The notes under the pieces: generated by a model
Databases searched by the model: none
Told to the model about the DNA's origin: nothing
The model's input: only the letters and a program-made list of their open reading frames with translations
Part shown: positions 37,776 through 51,856 of the stretch, in pieces
Layout of the letters: the number at the start of each line of letters is the position of its first letter
Numbering within the stretch: position 1 is the stretch's first letter
Assembly: GCA_040382995.1 (NCBI GenBank)
Contig: JBEIEK010000001.1
Span: forward strand, 21,919-85,918
From: Planctomycetaceae bacterium
Lineage (GTDB): Bacteria; Planctomycetota; Planctomycetia; Planctomycetales; Planctomycetaceae
Reading direction: 5' to 3'
Length of the DNA: 64,000 nt
Made by a program: the position numbers and the translations under genes

Positions 37776-39299
37776 ATGAAACTCCAGCAATTCCTCGAAC
37801 ACTACGGCGTTCGTCTGAACCCCTTCAGTCAGGAAGACGCACAGTCAGACCACATCTTCCAGCAGCACTGCGCCGAAACCATTCACCATCCCGCGTGGGA
37901 CAAAGTCCTTGGCGACTGCCGCAACCCCAGCACATCCATCGTCTTCGGCGAAAAAGGTGCCGGTAAAACCGCCATCCGCCTGCAGCTCATCAAAGCCCTC
38001 AACGACCACAACCAAAAATTCCCCTCTGAACGCGCGTTCGTCATCAGCTATGACGACCTGAACCCTTTCCTCGACGCCTTCCGCGATCGACTTTCCGGCC
38101 GCCGCAGACATCCCGATAATGCCCTCCGCGAATGGCGACTCTGGGATCACATGGACGCCATTCTTACACTCTGCACCCGCCGCCTCTGCACCGCACTGCT
38201 CGACCAGGCCGCTGCCGACCCCGCCCTCTCTCAGCAAACACTCAAATCAATGCCGCGTCAGCGCAAACGCGACCTGCTGCTGCTCGCTGCCTTCTACGAT
38301 CAGTCCTCCGATCAGGCCCACGCGCGACGCTGGCAATCGCTCCGCAAACACATCGGCTACTCCGCCCCCTTCACCCACTGGAGGTTCTGGCTGGGACTGC
38401 TCCTAACCATCTGCTGCGTCGCCTTCGCCCTCCGCAACGCAGCCACTGATCCCGCTGGCATCGCCAGCCGGCTCAAAACCTGGTGGCTCTGGCTGATCGT
38501 CGCCGCCGCCTGGTTCCCCGCCGCTCGTCGCTCACTCTCACTCTGGTGGCGCGCCCGTCAGACCGCCCGACAAATCCGCATCATCGACCACAGCCCCGCC
38601 GCACTCCGACAAATCCTCAGCAGCTTCCCCGCCAGCGAAATCGACGACCAGCCGATCCCCTCCCGCGATCGCAGCGATGACCGCTACGAACTCCTCGCCA
38701 AACTCCAGCGACTCCTCAAACCACTCGGCTGGTCCAGCATCATCGTCCTCGTCGATCGCGTTGACGAACCCCACCTCATCAATGGCTCCGCCGAACGCAT
38801 GCGCGACTTCCTCTGGTCCATGTTCGACAACAAATTCCTCAAACATCCCGGCATCGGCTTCAAAATGCTGCTCCCCCGCGATGTCGTCTTCTTCCTCAGC
38901 CGCGAAGAAAAAGAATTCTACGAACGCTCCCGGCTCGACAAACAAAACCTCATCAATTCCCTCGAATGGACCGGCGAATCGCTTTTCGACATGGCCACCA
39001 ACCGCATCCGCGCCTGCCTCGCCGAAAATCCCGCACCCGGTTCCGCCGCCCGCTCAGATCTCACTATCCGCGACTTCTTCGCTGACGAAATCTCCCGGGA
39101 TGATCTGATTCGCAAGTTCGCCCGACTCCGCGTCCCCCGACACCTCTTCCGCTTCCTCTACCAACTCCTCACCGCCCACTGCAATCGCGCCACAGAAGAC
39201 CAGCCCTCCTGGAAGATCAGCCGCATCACGCTCGAAACCGTCGCCGAATCCTACGCCCGCGAACTGGAAGCCTTCGACCGCGGACTGGGAACCGGCTGA
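37776..39299 (+). CDS. KAP-like P-loop NTPase with a TM hairpin inserted between Walker A and Walker B
   Basis: Walker A GEKGAGKT (aa 58-65). Hydrophobic helices FWLGLLLTICCVAFAL and WWLWLIVAAAWFPAA (about aa 203-250). Walker B IIVLVDRVDE (aa 322-331). Confidence 0.6.
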   Translation: MKLQQFLEHYGVRLNPFSQEDAQSDHIFQQHCAETIHHPAWDKVLGDCRNPSTSIVFGEKGAGKTAIRLQLIKALNDHNQKFPSERAFVISYDDLNPFLDAFRDRLSGRRRHPDNALREWRLWDHMDAILTLCTRRLCTALLDQAAADPALSQQTLKSMPRQRKRDLLLLAAFYDQSSDQAHARRWQSLRKHIGYSAPFTHWRFWLGLLLTICCVAFALRNAATDPAGIASRLKTWWLWLIVAAAWFPAARRSLSLWWRARQTARQIRIIDHSPAALRQILSSFPASEIDDQPIPSRDRSDDRYELLAKLQRLLKPLGWSSIIVLVDRVDEPHLINGSAERMRDFLWSMFDNKFLKHPGIGFKMLLPRDVVFFLSREEKEFYERSRLDKQNLINSLEWTGESLFDMATNRIRACLAENPAPGSAARSDLTIRDFFADEISRDDLIRKFARLRVPRHLFRFLYQLLTAHCNRATEDQPSWKISRITLETVAESYARELEAFDRGLGTG

Positions 39300-39306
39300 A
39301 CCCGCG

Positions 39307-40431
39307 TCAGGTCTCCCCGAACAGCCCCGGCTGCTCCGGCCCCGGACTCCTGATACGCCCACCGCGGATCGACGATCCCATCGACTCCAGATGCGCCAGC
39401 GCCCGCGAAGTAATCGTGCGGCCACGCGGCGTTCGCTGAATAAAACCCTCGCGCAACAAATACGGCTCGACCTCATCCTCCAGCGTATCCGCCGGAATAT
39501 TCATCGTGTGACCGATCGCCTGCACGCCCGCAGGTCCGCCACCAAACACCCGAATGATCGTCTCCAGATACCTCCGGTCCTGCTCCTCAAGCCCCGCAAT
39601 GTCCACGCCTTTCATCCGCAGCGCGGCACGCGCCACCTCCAGCGTAATCCGACCGTCAGCACGCGCGTCAGCAAAGTCTCGAGTCCAGCGAAGCCAGTTG
39701 TTGGCCTTTCGGGGTGTTCCGCGGGCCCTCAACGCAATCTCGTGGGCCGCCTCATCCTCAATCACAGACCGCAGCTTGCCGGCATTCCTCCGCACAATCG
39801 TCGCCAGCTCTTCCGTCGTGTAAAAGTCCAGATGCTCCCGATTCACAAATCGATCCCGCAGGGGCGCAGTGAGCATTCCGCTGCGCGTGGTCGCACCAAT
39901 CACGGTGAACTGCTGCAGCTTCATATTGATCGTACGGGCGTTGAGCCCATCACCCAACGTAATGTCGACCCGAAAGTCCTCCATCGCTGGGTAGATAAAC
40001 TCTTCCACTGCCGGCGGCATGCGGTGGATTTCATCAATGAACAGCACACTGCCATGACTGGCATTCGTCAGGTACGGCAGCAGATCCTTGGGCGCACTCA
40101 GGGATGGACCTGCCGTAATCTGCAGCTCCGTTCCAAGCTCACGGGGGATCACGGTCGCCAGCGTCGTCTTGCCGAGGCCCGGAGGACCATCCAGCAACAG
40201 ATGGCCCAGTGGCTCGCGACGCTTTTTGGTGGCCTCCAGCAAAATGGATAATCGCTCCACCACAGCTCGCTGGCCGACAACATCCTCCAGCCGCGAAGGC
40301 CGCAGTTCGTCGTCCATCCGATCCTGTTCCCGCGGCACGCCCGTGGCACCGCCTGGCATCGCCTCGCGATCCTCACGATCACCTGCGCCCTCGTCGTCGT
40401 CATCCTGACGGATCGTCGTTTTCCGTGCCAT
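39307..40431 (-). CDS. ruvB: Holliday junction branch-migration helicase RuvB
   Basis: [12 protein letters not shown]. Walker [19 protein letters not shown]. Winged-helix C-terminus with PRGR. Confidence 0.95.
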   Translation of the reverse strand: MARKTTIRQDDDDEGAGDREDREAMPGGATGVPREQDRMDDELRPSRLEDVVGQRAVVERLSILLEATKKRREPLGHLLLDGPPGLGKTTLATVIPRELGTELQITAGPSLSAPKDLLPYLTNASHGSVLFIDEIHRMPPAVEEFIYPAMEDFRVDITLGDGLNARTINMKLQQFTVIGATTRSGMLTAPLRDRFVNREHLDFYTTEELATIVRRNAGKLRSVIEDEAAHEIALRARGTPRKANNWLRWTRDFADARADGRITLEVARAALRMKGVDIAGLEEQDRRYLETIIRVFGGGPAGVQAIGHTMNIPADTLEDEVEPYLLREGFIQRTPRGRTITSRALAHLESMGSSIRGGRIRSPGPEQPGLFGET

Positions 40432-40448
40432 GATTGTCCTGCGGCCAA

Positions 40449-42812
40449 CTAGCGGGAAGCTGGCTTGAGTTTGCCTTCGAGCCGTTCAATGACTGTTTTG
40501 TCCGGTCGCTTGTCCTTCTGCTCCAGCTCAAGCGCCTGCTGCCAGAGTTTTCGGGCTTCATCCGGCTGCTTGAGCGCCTCGTGGATGTCACCCTGGTGTT
40601 CCAGCAGCGTTGAGTCGTCGTGGTCGGGAATGGCGACCGCCTTCTTCTGGAATTCGAGCGCTTCTTCCAGACGCCCGAGCTTGAAGAGCACCCAGCCAAG
40701 ACTGTCCAGATAAGACGGGTTATCGCCCTCAGCGGCCACCGCAATCCGGATCATCTTCTCTGCCTGCTCCAGATTCTTGCCCTGATCCGCGTAGAGGTAT
40801 CCGAGATCGTTGTTGACGCCCGGATCATTCGGGTCCTCCTTGTAAACCTCCTCAAGGATCGCTTCACCCTTCGCCATTTCGCCGCTCTGAGTCCACACGT
40901 TGGACAAGCCCATGCGGGCCAGCCTGCGAGTGGGTTTAGGCAGATCTTCCATCTCCAGCACCGTTTCGTACTGTTCTGCTGCACTGTCCCAGCGCTGCAT
41001 CATGAAATAAATGCCGGCCAGCCGAATGCGGGTTTCAATGAGCATTTCAGTGTTGCCTGTCTGCTGCAACGCACCGATGGCCTGAATCAGAATCGCTTCA
41101 GCCTGATCGAATCGACCTTCTTCAGCCTCGATCAGTGCCAGCCGCGCCAGCAGTTGTGGTTCGTTGGGAACCATCTTCAACGCTTCATTCAGAGCTCTGC
41201 GGGCAGACTTGAGATCATCATTCATGCCGTAGGCGATGGAGAGCCGGAGGAGTGTGTTGATGCGGGCTCCGGGCGCCAAGCCTGGCTGTGCCAGGAGCTG
41301 TTCAAAGATTCGCACTGCCAGCTTACCCTCACCCAGCTGCAGCTGGCTCACACCGTACTTATCAAGCGTGTCCAGCAGCAGTTCGCCGTCTGGTTCAAGT
41401 TCAAGTGTGGCCTTGAGCAGTTCGGCCTGTTCCTTTTCGAGTTCAAGTTCCCCGGCCACCTGAGAACAGAACCACGTCACGCCAGGTTCCAGATCCCCCG
41501 GCTGGTCATTGAATGTCTTGAGACATTCGCTGACAGTGGCTTTGCCGAAATCATCGACGGTCGTCAGGCCAGCGATCAGAGGAGTGAATTCCGCTGGAGT
41601 AATTCGGGCTCGGGCGGCGCGGTTGAGTGCTGCAATGACGCCGTCGGCATCGCGGCGAGCAATTTCGACACGCACCATGCCCAGATTGGCATCGGCCTCA
41701 CCCGTTGTGTCCAGGACGAGCTGGAAAACTTCCGCTGCCTCACTGGGTTTGCCTTCATCCAGCAGCAACTGGCCAAGGAACAGCCGGACCTGACCGGGCT
41801 GATCCGCATTTTCCGCCAGCTCTTCAAGTCGTTTTGCCAGCTTTCCACGGCGGTCACTGTTCTCGAATAAATCGCGGAGCAGTGTCAGGGATTCAGGACT
41901 GCGACGACCAGTTTCAAAGTATTTATTGAGGTTTGTTTCACAGTCTGCAAGTTTGTCCTGCTGAAACAGGGCCCGGGCAAGGAGCAGATTGTGTTCGCCC
42001 GGCACATCCTTCTGCAGACGGCTCATTGCATTGAAGGCCGTGATCGCGGGCACAAGGCGACCCGATTCAAGCAGCACACGGCCGACAGTCTCGTAGCTGG
42101 TGCCACGGTTTTTCAGCATCCGCCGATGCTCTTCATTCGACAGCCCGAATTCCTCTGGTTTCTCCAGCGCCGCCAGCAGAATCTCAAAGCTTTCCACCGC
42201 CGCATTCTGATTTCGCAGCTGCAGCATCACCGCTCCGCGAACCTGATGCACACGCACAAAATCACTCGACTCACGCTTCAATCGATTACTTTTCACAGCC
42301 TGTTCGATCAGCGCGGCCGCGTCAGGCAGACGACCGTTTGACCCCAGCAGCACTGCGAGTTCCAGGCGAGTCAGAAAGTCGTCCTGATCCATTCCGATCG
42401 CCTTATTGGCGGTCCGCAATGCTTCTTCAACGCTGCCCTGACGAAACAACACCGTTGCCAGGGCGCGGACCGGAACTGCTGATTTGGGATCAGCCTCGGA
42501 TGACTTCTTGAATGCCTCCACAGCTTCGTCCAGTTGCCCGCCCCGGAGTGCCTTCTGGCCGGCCATGTACCAGGCAATCGCATCCTTGTTGCCTGGATCC
42601 AGCTGATCAGACTCGTCTCGGAGTCCACCGTCGGCCGGCTGCGGTTCGTCAGCCGCTGCCGGTGGCTCGTCGGCCCCTTTGGCCGCAGCCAGTGCCCCGG
42701 CGGAACCAGACACCAGGAATGCGATTGTCAGGATGCAGCAAACAGTCGGGGCCGCGGAGATGCGGGCAAAAGCAGCCCGGAGGATGGCGGGGAGCTGGAT
42801 CGGGGATTTCAT
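40449..42812 (-). CDS. secreted tetratricopeptide-repeat protein
   Basis: Signal peptide. Many TPR-like A..A...Y/L..P repeats along 787 aa. Confidence 0.8.
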   Translation of the reverse strand: MKSPIQLPAILRAAFARISAAPTVCCILTIAFLVSGSAGALAAAKGADEPPAAADEPQPADGGLRDESDQLDPGNKDAIAWYMAGQKALRGGQLDEAVEAFKKSSEADPKSAVPVRALATVLFRQGSVEEALRTANKAIGMDQDDFLTRLELAVLLGSNGRLPDAAALIEQAVKSNRLKRESSDFVRVHQVRGAVMLQLRNQNAAVESFEILLAALEKPEEFGLSNEEHRRMLKNRGTSYETVGRVLLESGRLVPAITAFNAMSRLQKDVPGEHNLLLARALFQQDKLADCETNLNKYFETGRRSPESLTLLRDLFENSDRRGKLAKRLEELAENADQPGQVRLFLGQLLLDEGKPSEAAEVFQLVLDTTGEADANLGMVRVEIARRDADGVIAALNRAARARITPAEFTPLIAGLTTVDDFGKATVSECLKTFNDQPGDLEPGVTWFCSQVAGELELEKEQAELLKATLELEPDGELLLDTLDKYGVSQLQLGEGKLAVRIFEQLLAQPGLAPGARINTLLRLSIAYGMNDDLKSARRALNEALKMVPNEPQLLARLALIEAEEGRFDQAEAILIQAIGALQQTGNTEMLIETRIRLAGIYFMMQRWDSAAEQYETVLEMEDLPKPTRRLARMGLSNVWTQSGEMAKGEAILEEVYKEDPNDPGVNNDLGYLYADQGKNLEQAEKMIRIAVAAEGDNPSYLDSLGWVLFKLGRLEEALEFQKKAVAIPDHDDSTLLEHQGDIHEALKQPDEARKLWQQALELEQKDKRPDKTVIERLEGKLKPASR

Positions 42813-43073
42813 GGCGCCTTGCCTGACTGTGGACGGTTAAGGGTGGGGAAAATGCGGGACTGAGAATATTATTGGCAGATCGTGCATTGTGTCGAGTTCG
42901 GTTTACCCAGGAGCGTCTGGGGGTGGGGGAATCGAGCACATTCTTTGCCGTTCAAGCCGTCTGATGGCTGAACAAATCACTCTCAATCGTTATTCTGCAC
43001 GCTTCCCGCCCCGTTCTTTTCGCCCCGGTGATCCTCTCGGCAGGCCACAGGCAGGCCCCGCAGAAAGCCCTCC

Positions 43074-44732
43074 ATGTCTCCTCGCTCCAAAGCCCGGCTC
43101 GCGTTCCTCATCAGTTTCTCTCTGCTGCTGTTTTCCCAGTCAGCGGCGTTCACTGACGAACCTGTGACCGCACCCGAGTCCGCAGAAATGGCCGGCTACC
43201 TGCTTGTGCCGCACTCCAAAGTGCCACAGACCTTCAATGCCGGTTTTTCCATGTATGTCACCGCCTGGCCACTCCTCCAGAACTATCCCGGAAATCGTTT
43301 TCAAACCGGGCTCTTTGGCACATGGATGCATGCCCAGTACGATGGTCCCGACCCAAAGGACATGTATTCCGACATCGAAGGCGGACTGGGGTGGTGGCGA
43401 GATACGCGGTTTGCAACCGAAACTCCCAAGTTCATCATGGGCGGTGTCGCTCGCAATTTCTCGGAATGGGCCAACGGTCCGGGCGCTGGCAAAGGACGCG
43501 ACTGGCAAAAGCCACAGGGAAAATATGGCATTGCCCAACTCAGCCCCTGGGTGCTCTGGCCACCCGACGGCCTGAATCTCAAACAGGGCACCTCAGGACA
43601 ACTCTTCGGTTACGGATACCTGCCCCTGCCGCTGATTCCCGCCAGGCCCACGACGCTGGGTGCCCCGGTGCCGACCGGAGATCAGTCGTGGACCCTGTTT
43701 CTGAACACGGACAATTTCCGAGGCCCGGTCGCCTTCTTTACACCGTGCTTCTGGTCACGTGCCGCAATCGCGGATCCCGCAGTCAGCGGCATGTTCCTCG
43801 ATACTCGTGGCTCGCAGCCCAACAAAGCGGTGCAGATGGAGACACAGTACATCCCCGCATGGCAGGCTCGGGATGCGCAGGGGCAATTGTTCGCACGTGT
43901 GGCACCGACGGCTTTTCCCCGCAACCCGGACGGCACCTCCACCACCGTGCATCGCATCACAGCCTACGACCGCAAAGCGCTCTGGGATGACGTTGTCGCC
44001 TGGTTTGCCGGAGGTGCACCAGCCAGTGGTCGCATTGACCCACAGCACTCCGCCGTGCACCAGTTCACGGGTCAGGGCGGAGCCACCTGGCAGATCTACA
44101 AACCTCCTGTTCCCCGCGATCAGAAGGTCCGCATTGCGTGGTCAGACTTCGCCAAACCCGAAGCAATTGACGCGGAAACGTTCGGGTACCGCTGGGACCC
44201 GAACTTCACCAGTCAGACCGGGACCGATTCACAGGCACTCGTCCAGCTGCCCGAATACTATCGACTGACCACCGGCGACAAAGGTCAGCCTCGCTGGGAG
44301 CCAGTGGCTCCTGCCAAAGTGCCGGCGGAAACACAGCTGCAGCAAGTCCGCTTCGAGCGTGCGGCCCGACCACAAACGGAACCCTACGTCACACCAGAAG
44401 AACCCGACAGCTGCTGGAAAAAACCTGGCCCGGCCGCCGGCCCCTTCCAGGCATTTCCCGGCGATGGCAGCGTGATCACCTGGTACTGGTATCGGTTCGC
44501 AGATCAGCCCGCTCTGCAGAATGCCGACCTCACCGATGAGGAACGTGAGGCACTGCAGCGACGCGTCGAGCTCCTTCACAAAACCTGGACCAAAGACCGT
44601 GAATACCTCCCGCCACCCGCACGCGGTTCCGTCGCTGAACTTGATCCGGCTCTCCTCGTCACTCCCCCGCCCGGCATGGAAGCAGGCTACGTTCCCATCG
44701 TCACCAGGCAGGCTCAAAAAGAACAGCAATAG
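43074..44732 (+). CDS. secreted hypothetical protein
   Basis: Signal peptide MSPRSKARLAFLISFSLLLFSQSAA. Trp/Pro-rich. No family recognised. Confidence 0.6.
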   Translation: MSPRSKARLAFLISFSLLLFSQSAAFTDEPVTAPESAEMAGYLLVPHSKVPQTFNAGFSMYVTAWPLLQNYPGNRFQTGLFGTWMHAQYDGPDPKDMYSDIEGGLGWWRDTRFATETPKFIMGGVARNFSEWANGPGAGKGRDWQKPQGKYGIAQLSPWVLWPPDGLNLKQGTSGQLFGYGYLPLPLIPARPTTLGAPVPTGDQSWTLFLNTDNFRGPVAFFTPCFWSRAAIADPAVSGMFLDTRGSQPNKAVQMETQYIPAWQARDAQGQLFARVAPTAFPRNPDGTSTTVHRITAYDRKALWDDVVAWFAGGAPASGRIDPQHSAVHQFTGQGGATWQIYKPPVPRDQKVRIAWSDFAKPEAIDAETFGYRWDPNFTSQTGTDSQALVQLPEYYRLTTGDKGQPRWEPVAPAKVPAETQLQQVRFERAARPQTEPYVTPEEPDSCWKKPGPAAGPFQAFPGDGSVITWYWYRFADQPALQNADLTDEEREALQRRVELLHKTWTKDREYLPPPARGSVAELDPALLVTPPPGMEAGYVPIVTRQAQKEQQ

Positions 44733-45050
44733 CAGAACCAGAACCAGAGCCAGACGTTTCCCAGCATGTGCCTGATGTTTGCAAAGCCCGGTGCGATAAC
44801 CAGTCGGCCGCAAAAATGTTGCAAACCGGGACGTGGGTATGGAGCATTGATCGAGAAACTCGCGTATTGCGATGCGTACGCGCTGGTGAGGCTCTTCTGC
44901 CTTGACGAATTCGGTGCCGCCACTGTGCGGCAGCGCTGATTCGGTATTCTAAGTTCACTGCCCCCTTGTTTGGAGCATGGTAACATTCAGCCTCCCGCGT
45001 TGTCGAACGCCAGCACTGCTGTTGTGTCCCGCCGCATTCAGGTTCCCGGC

Positions 45051-46202
45051 ATGCATCCGCTCACCATCCTGCAGCTGATCCCCGCCCTCGAAAGTGGCGG
45101 CGCAGAACGCTGTGTTGTCGATGTCAGCCAGGCACTCGTGCAGTCCGGCCATCGCTCCATCGTGGCCTCGGCAGGAGGGCGTTTTGCAGAACTCGTTACA
45201 GCCGCTGGCGGTGAGCACGTTCAGATCGCAGCCGGCCGCAAGTCTCCCAAAGTGCTCGCCGCCCTTCCGCCCCTGCGAAAACTGCTGCTCCGTGAACGTG
45301 TGGACGTCGTGGATGTGCATTCACGCCTGCCAGCCTGGCTCATGCAGCTCGTGCTGAAGACTCTGCCAACTCAACATCGCCCGGCACTCGTATCCACCGT
45401 TCACGGACTCAATTCTCCCGGGCTTTACAGTCAGGTGATGCTGCGGGCAGACACAGTCGTCGCGGTCTCAGAATGTGTGCGGCAGCACTTGCTGAGGCTG
45501 GCGCCCGGGAAGGATCAGAGACATGTGCGAGTGATCGCGCGGGGCGTGGATACAACGGAGTTTCCCTACGGCTGGCGCCCCACCTCTGCCTGGCACGACG
45601 CATTCCAGCGGCAATTCCCAAATCTTCGCGGCCGGCAATGGCTCACACTACCCGGCCGGCTCGTGCGCACCAAAGGCCACGCTGACCTGCTGCGACTTAC
45701 CGCCGCCCTGCTCCGGGACGGTCGGCCTGTACACGCACTCATCGTCGGGGACACTCACGGCCGCAGCGAATACGTGGCCGACTTACAGCGGCTCGCCAAA
45801 TCGCTCGGCGTCGGCGATCAACTCACCTTCACCGGTCATCGCACTGATATGCGGGATATCTATGCTGCATCCGCCGTTGTGTTCACCCTCTCGCACAAAC
45901 CTGAATCCTTCGGCCTCGCAGCAGCAGAAGCACTCAGTCTTGGGATTCCGGTGGCGGGTTACGCGCACGGCGGCACCGCGGAACTCTTCGCAGCCTGTTT
46001 TCCGGAGGGCGCGGTGAACCCGGGAAATGAGGCCGAACTGGCGATCGTCGCTCAGCGGCTCCTCGCAGCCCGTACGGCTGCGCCAGAAACCGGCATGCCG
46101 CCACGGCCGTTTCCATTTGACCGGACCAGCATGCTGGAACGCACACTGCAGCTGTATGTGGAACTGGCCTCGATTCGCCGGAATGCCGCGGGAACACCCT
46201 GA
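45051..46202 (+). CDS. glycosyltransferase family 4
   Basis: Start trimmed to ATG 45051 (ILQLIPALESGGAE). E-x7-E region PESFGLAAAEALSLGIPV. Confidence 0.85.
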   Translation: MHPLTILQLIPALESGGAERCVVDVSQALVQSGHRSIVASAGGRFAELVTAAGGEHVQIAAGRKSPKVLAALPPLRKLLLRERVDVVDVHSRLPAWLMQLVLKTLPTQHRPALVSTVHGLNSPGLYSQVMLRADTVVAVSECVRQHLLRLAPGKDQRHVRVIARGVDTTEFPYGWRPTSAWHDAFQRQFPNLRGRQWLTLPGRLVRTKGHADLLRLTAALLRDGRPVHALIVGDTHGRSEYVADLQRLAKSLGVGDQLTFTGHRTDMRDIYAASAVVFTLSHKPESFGLAAAEALSLGIPVAGYAHGGTAELFAACFPEGAVNPGNEAELAIVAQRLLAARTAAPETGMPPRPFPFDRTSMLERTLQLYVELASIRRNAAGTP

Positions 46203-46328
46203 TTTCCCCGCAGAATTCCGGTGCATCCCCCGCGCCGTCCTGCTATCATCCCCGGATTTCCTCGCCAGCTCAGCCTGTCTGCTGATCAGCCGTTTTCGTT
46301 ATCCCCCCCCCCTGCATTTCATCAGACT

Positions 46329-49388
<3,060 letters not shown>

Positions 49389-49502
49389 CCTCACTGCCGA
49401 TCACGCTGGCTGACGACGCCCTCCCGGCAGTCACTGGCGCTTTGGCCGTTCTGTCGCTAAACTCTTCGACTCACTGAGACTCTCTCAATCGAAGGGCCGG
49501 CC

Positions 49503-51854
49503 ATGAGACTTTGCGGAACACGTTTCACTCGAATCCTGGCAGTCCTGCTGCCATTGCAGTTCGCACTCGTTGCTGCTGCTCAGTCACCCGAGCCGATTCC
49601 GGTACTGTCTCCGGCCAGTGCGGGAATGAATCCGCAGCGGCTGCAGGTGATCGACGAGATTGTCCGCGAAGGACTCAGCCAGTCCAAAATGCCCGGCTGT
49701 GTCGTGGTGGTGGGACGCAGCAACGGGATTGTGCTGAAACAGGCGTGGGGCTTTCGCCAAACTGTACCAGTTCAGGTGCCCATGACGATCGATACAGTAT
49801 TCGATCTGGCATCGCTTACCAAACCAATTGCAACCGCCACCAGCATCCTCATTCTGGCAGGACAGGGCCGACTCGATGTAGAGACGCCGGTCTCCCGCTA
49901 CTGGCCCGAATTTGCTCAAAACGGCAAAGACCAGGTGACCATCCGCCACCTGCTGACTCATACCAGTGGTCTGATTGCCGATAACTCCATCAATGACTAT
50001 TCCGGCACACCGGAAGAAAGTCTGCAGAAGATCGCCGCACTGAAGCTGACCGCAGAACTCGGAACGGAATTCATTTACAGCGACGTCGGCTTTATTGTCC
50101 TCGGACACCTTGTGCAGCGAATCAGCGGAAAGGATGTGAACGAATTTTCGCGGCAGGCGATTTTCCAGCCTCTCGGGATGCTGGAGACCGGCTATCTTCC
50201 GCCGGAACCGCTGAGGGTCCGGGCCGCGGTGACGGAACAGCGTGACGAACGCTGGATGCAGGGTGAGGTACACGATCCCCGCGCGTGGCGACTGGGCGGA
50301 ATCGCGGGGCACGCCGGACTGTTTTCCACTGCCGATGATCTGGCTCGATACGCTGTCATGATGCTCCGCCGCGGCACTGCCGCAAATGTTCGGGTCCTCG
50401 ACGAGAACACCTGGAAACTCATGACCACGTCGGTTGAAGTTCCTCGGGGGCGTCGAGCACTTGGCTGGGACGCTCGCACTGGCTACTCGTCAAATCGGGG
50501 TGATCTGATGTCCGCGGCGGCCTTCGGACACGGTGGCTTCACCGGGACCGGTATCTGGATCGATCCGGTGCGAGATCTGTTCGTGATTTTTTTGAGCAAC
50601 CGCGTGCACCCGGACGGCAAGGGGCTCGTCAATCCGCTGATTGGTCGCGTTGGTACAATCGCAGCTGCATCACTTGAGGACCATCCGGGCGAACAGGATC
50701 CCCCACCATCGGCTCCACCGGGAAATGTGCTCAACGGGATCGATGTGCTGGAACGCGACGGATTTGATCGGCTCCAGGGTAGAAAAGTGGGCCTGATCAC
50801 CAACCAGACCGGTCTGAATCGGGCCGGAAAGGGCACGATTCGGCTGCTGGCTGAGGCCCGTGGTGTGGAGCTGCGAGCGTTGTTCAGCCCTGAGCATGGG
50901 CTGGAGGGAAAGCTGGACATACCCAAAATCGGCGACCAGCAGGATTCAGCCACCGGGCTCAAAGTCTTCAGCCTCTATGGCGAAACTCGCACACCCACGA
51001 AAGAAAGTCTCGCGGAGGTGGATACCCTCGTCTTCGACATTCAGGACATCGGCTGCCGCTTCTACACCTATCTGTCGACAATGCAGAACGCCATGCAGGC
51101 CGCGTCAGAACACGGCCTGCGGTTCGTGGTGCTGGACCGAGTCAACCCGGTGGGAGGTTTGGCAGTTTCCGGTCCGGTCCTCGAACAGGGCCTGCAGTCC
51201 TTCGTGGGCTGTCACACCATTCCAGTTCGGCACGGGATGACCGCCGGAGAGCTCGCGCTGATGTTTCGCCAGGAACTCTTTCCCGGGCTGGATTTGCAGG
51301 TCATCGCCTGCGAAGGCTGGACGCGGTCGCAGCTTTTCGACCAAACAGGACTGACCTGGGTCAATCCGTCTCCGAATATGCGGAATCTGAATCAGGCGCT
51401 GCTGTACCCCGGCGTGGGTCTGGTGGAGCTCACCAATGTCTCAGTTGGACGCGGTACAGACACACCATTTGAAATTCTGGGGGCACCGTGGATCCGGGAG
51501 CGTGAACTGGCTGCCGCACTCAATGCTGCAGGTCTGCCGGGTATTCGCTTCGTGCCCGTTCGATTTGTTCCGTCAGCCACCAGGTTTTCCGGAGAATCCT
51601 GCGGCGGAGTGCAGTTGATCATCACCAGTCGCACAGAGGTGGAGCCGATCGAGCTGGGCATTCAGCTGATGTGTACCCTCAGAAACCTCTATCCGCAGGA
51701 CTGGGACGTGAAGAATCTAAATAAGCTGCTGGCCAGCAGTCGCGTTCACGACGCGGTGCTGGCCGGACAGTCAAGGCAGGAAATCTTCACGATCTGGCAG
51801 GAGGAGCTGCGGAGATTTGTGGATCGCCGCAGCCGTTTTCTGCTGTATCCCTGA
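49503..51854 (+). CDS. fusion protein: beta-lactamase-fold serine hydrolase (AmiE-like) + DUF1343 (NamZ-like exo-muramidase)
   Basis: N-terminal half: signal peptide, SLTKPIA (SxxK), YSDVG, HGGFTG. C-terminal half: GIDVLERDGFDRLQGRKVGLITNQTG...ALFSPEHG, typical of DUF1343. Confidence 0.8.
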   Translation: MRLCGTRFTRILAVLLPLQFALVAAAQSPEPIPVLSPASAGMNPQRLQVIDEIVREGLSQSKMPGCVVVVGRSNGIVLKQAWGFRQTVPVQVPMTIDTVFDLASLTKPIATATSILILAGQGRLDVETPVSRYWPEFAQNGKDQVTIRHLLTHTSGLIADNSINDYSGTPEESLQKIAALKLTAELGTEFIYSDVGFIVLGHLVQRISGKDVNEFSRQAIFQPLGMLETGYLPPEPLRVRAAVTEQRDERWMQGEVHDPRAWRLGGIAGHAGLFSTADDLARYAVMMLRRGTAANVRVLDENTWKLMTTSVEVPRGRRALGWDARTGYSSNRGDLMSAAAFGHGGFTGTGIWIDPVRDLFVIFLSNRVHPDGKGLVNPLIGRVGTIAAASLEDHPGEQDPPPSAPPGNVLNGIDVLERDGFDRLQGRKVGLITNQTGLNRAGKGTIRLLAEARGVELRALFSPEHGLEGKLDIPKIGDQQDSATGLKVFSLYGETRTPTKESLAEVDTLVFDIQDIGCRFYTYLSTMQNAMQAASEHGLRFVVLDRVNPVGGLAVSGPVLEQGLQSFVGCHTIPVRHGMTAGELALMFRQELFPGLDLQVIACEGWTRSQLFDQTGLTWVNPSPNMRNLNQALLYPGVGLVELTNVSVGRGTDTPFEILGAPWIRERELAAALNAAGLPGIRFVPVRFVPSATRFSGESCGGVQLIITSRTEVEPIELGIQLMCTLRNLYPQDWDVKNLNKLLASSRVHDAVLAGQSRQEIFTIWQEELRRFVDRRSRFLLYP

Positions 51855-51856
51855 AC

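Noticed and set aside
780-46328. N-terminal extensions in the ORF track: 780 versus 888, 9840 versus 9801, 11279 versus 11051, 13366 versus 13522, 16855 versus 17170, 18116 versus 18368, 28908 versus 28752, 30847 versus 30781, 32229 versus 32190, 44970 versus 45051, 46221 versus 46329, 56075 versus 56024.
   Set aside because: The track takes the most upstream ATG/GTG/TTG. The extensions are Arg/Pro/Cys-rich, overlap neighbouring genes, or precede an obvious signal peptide or conserved family N-terminus. I therefore used the internal start.
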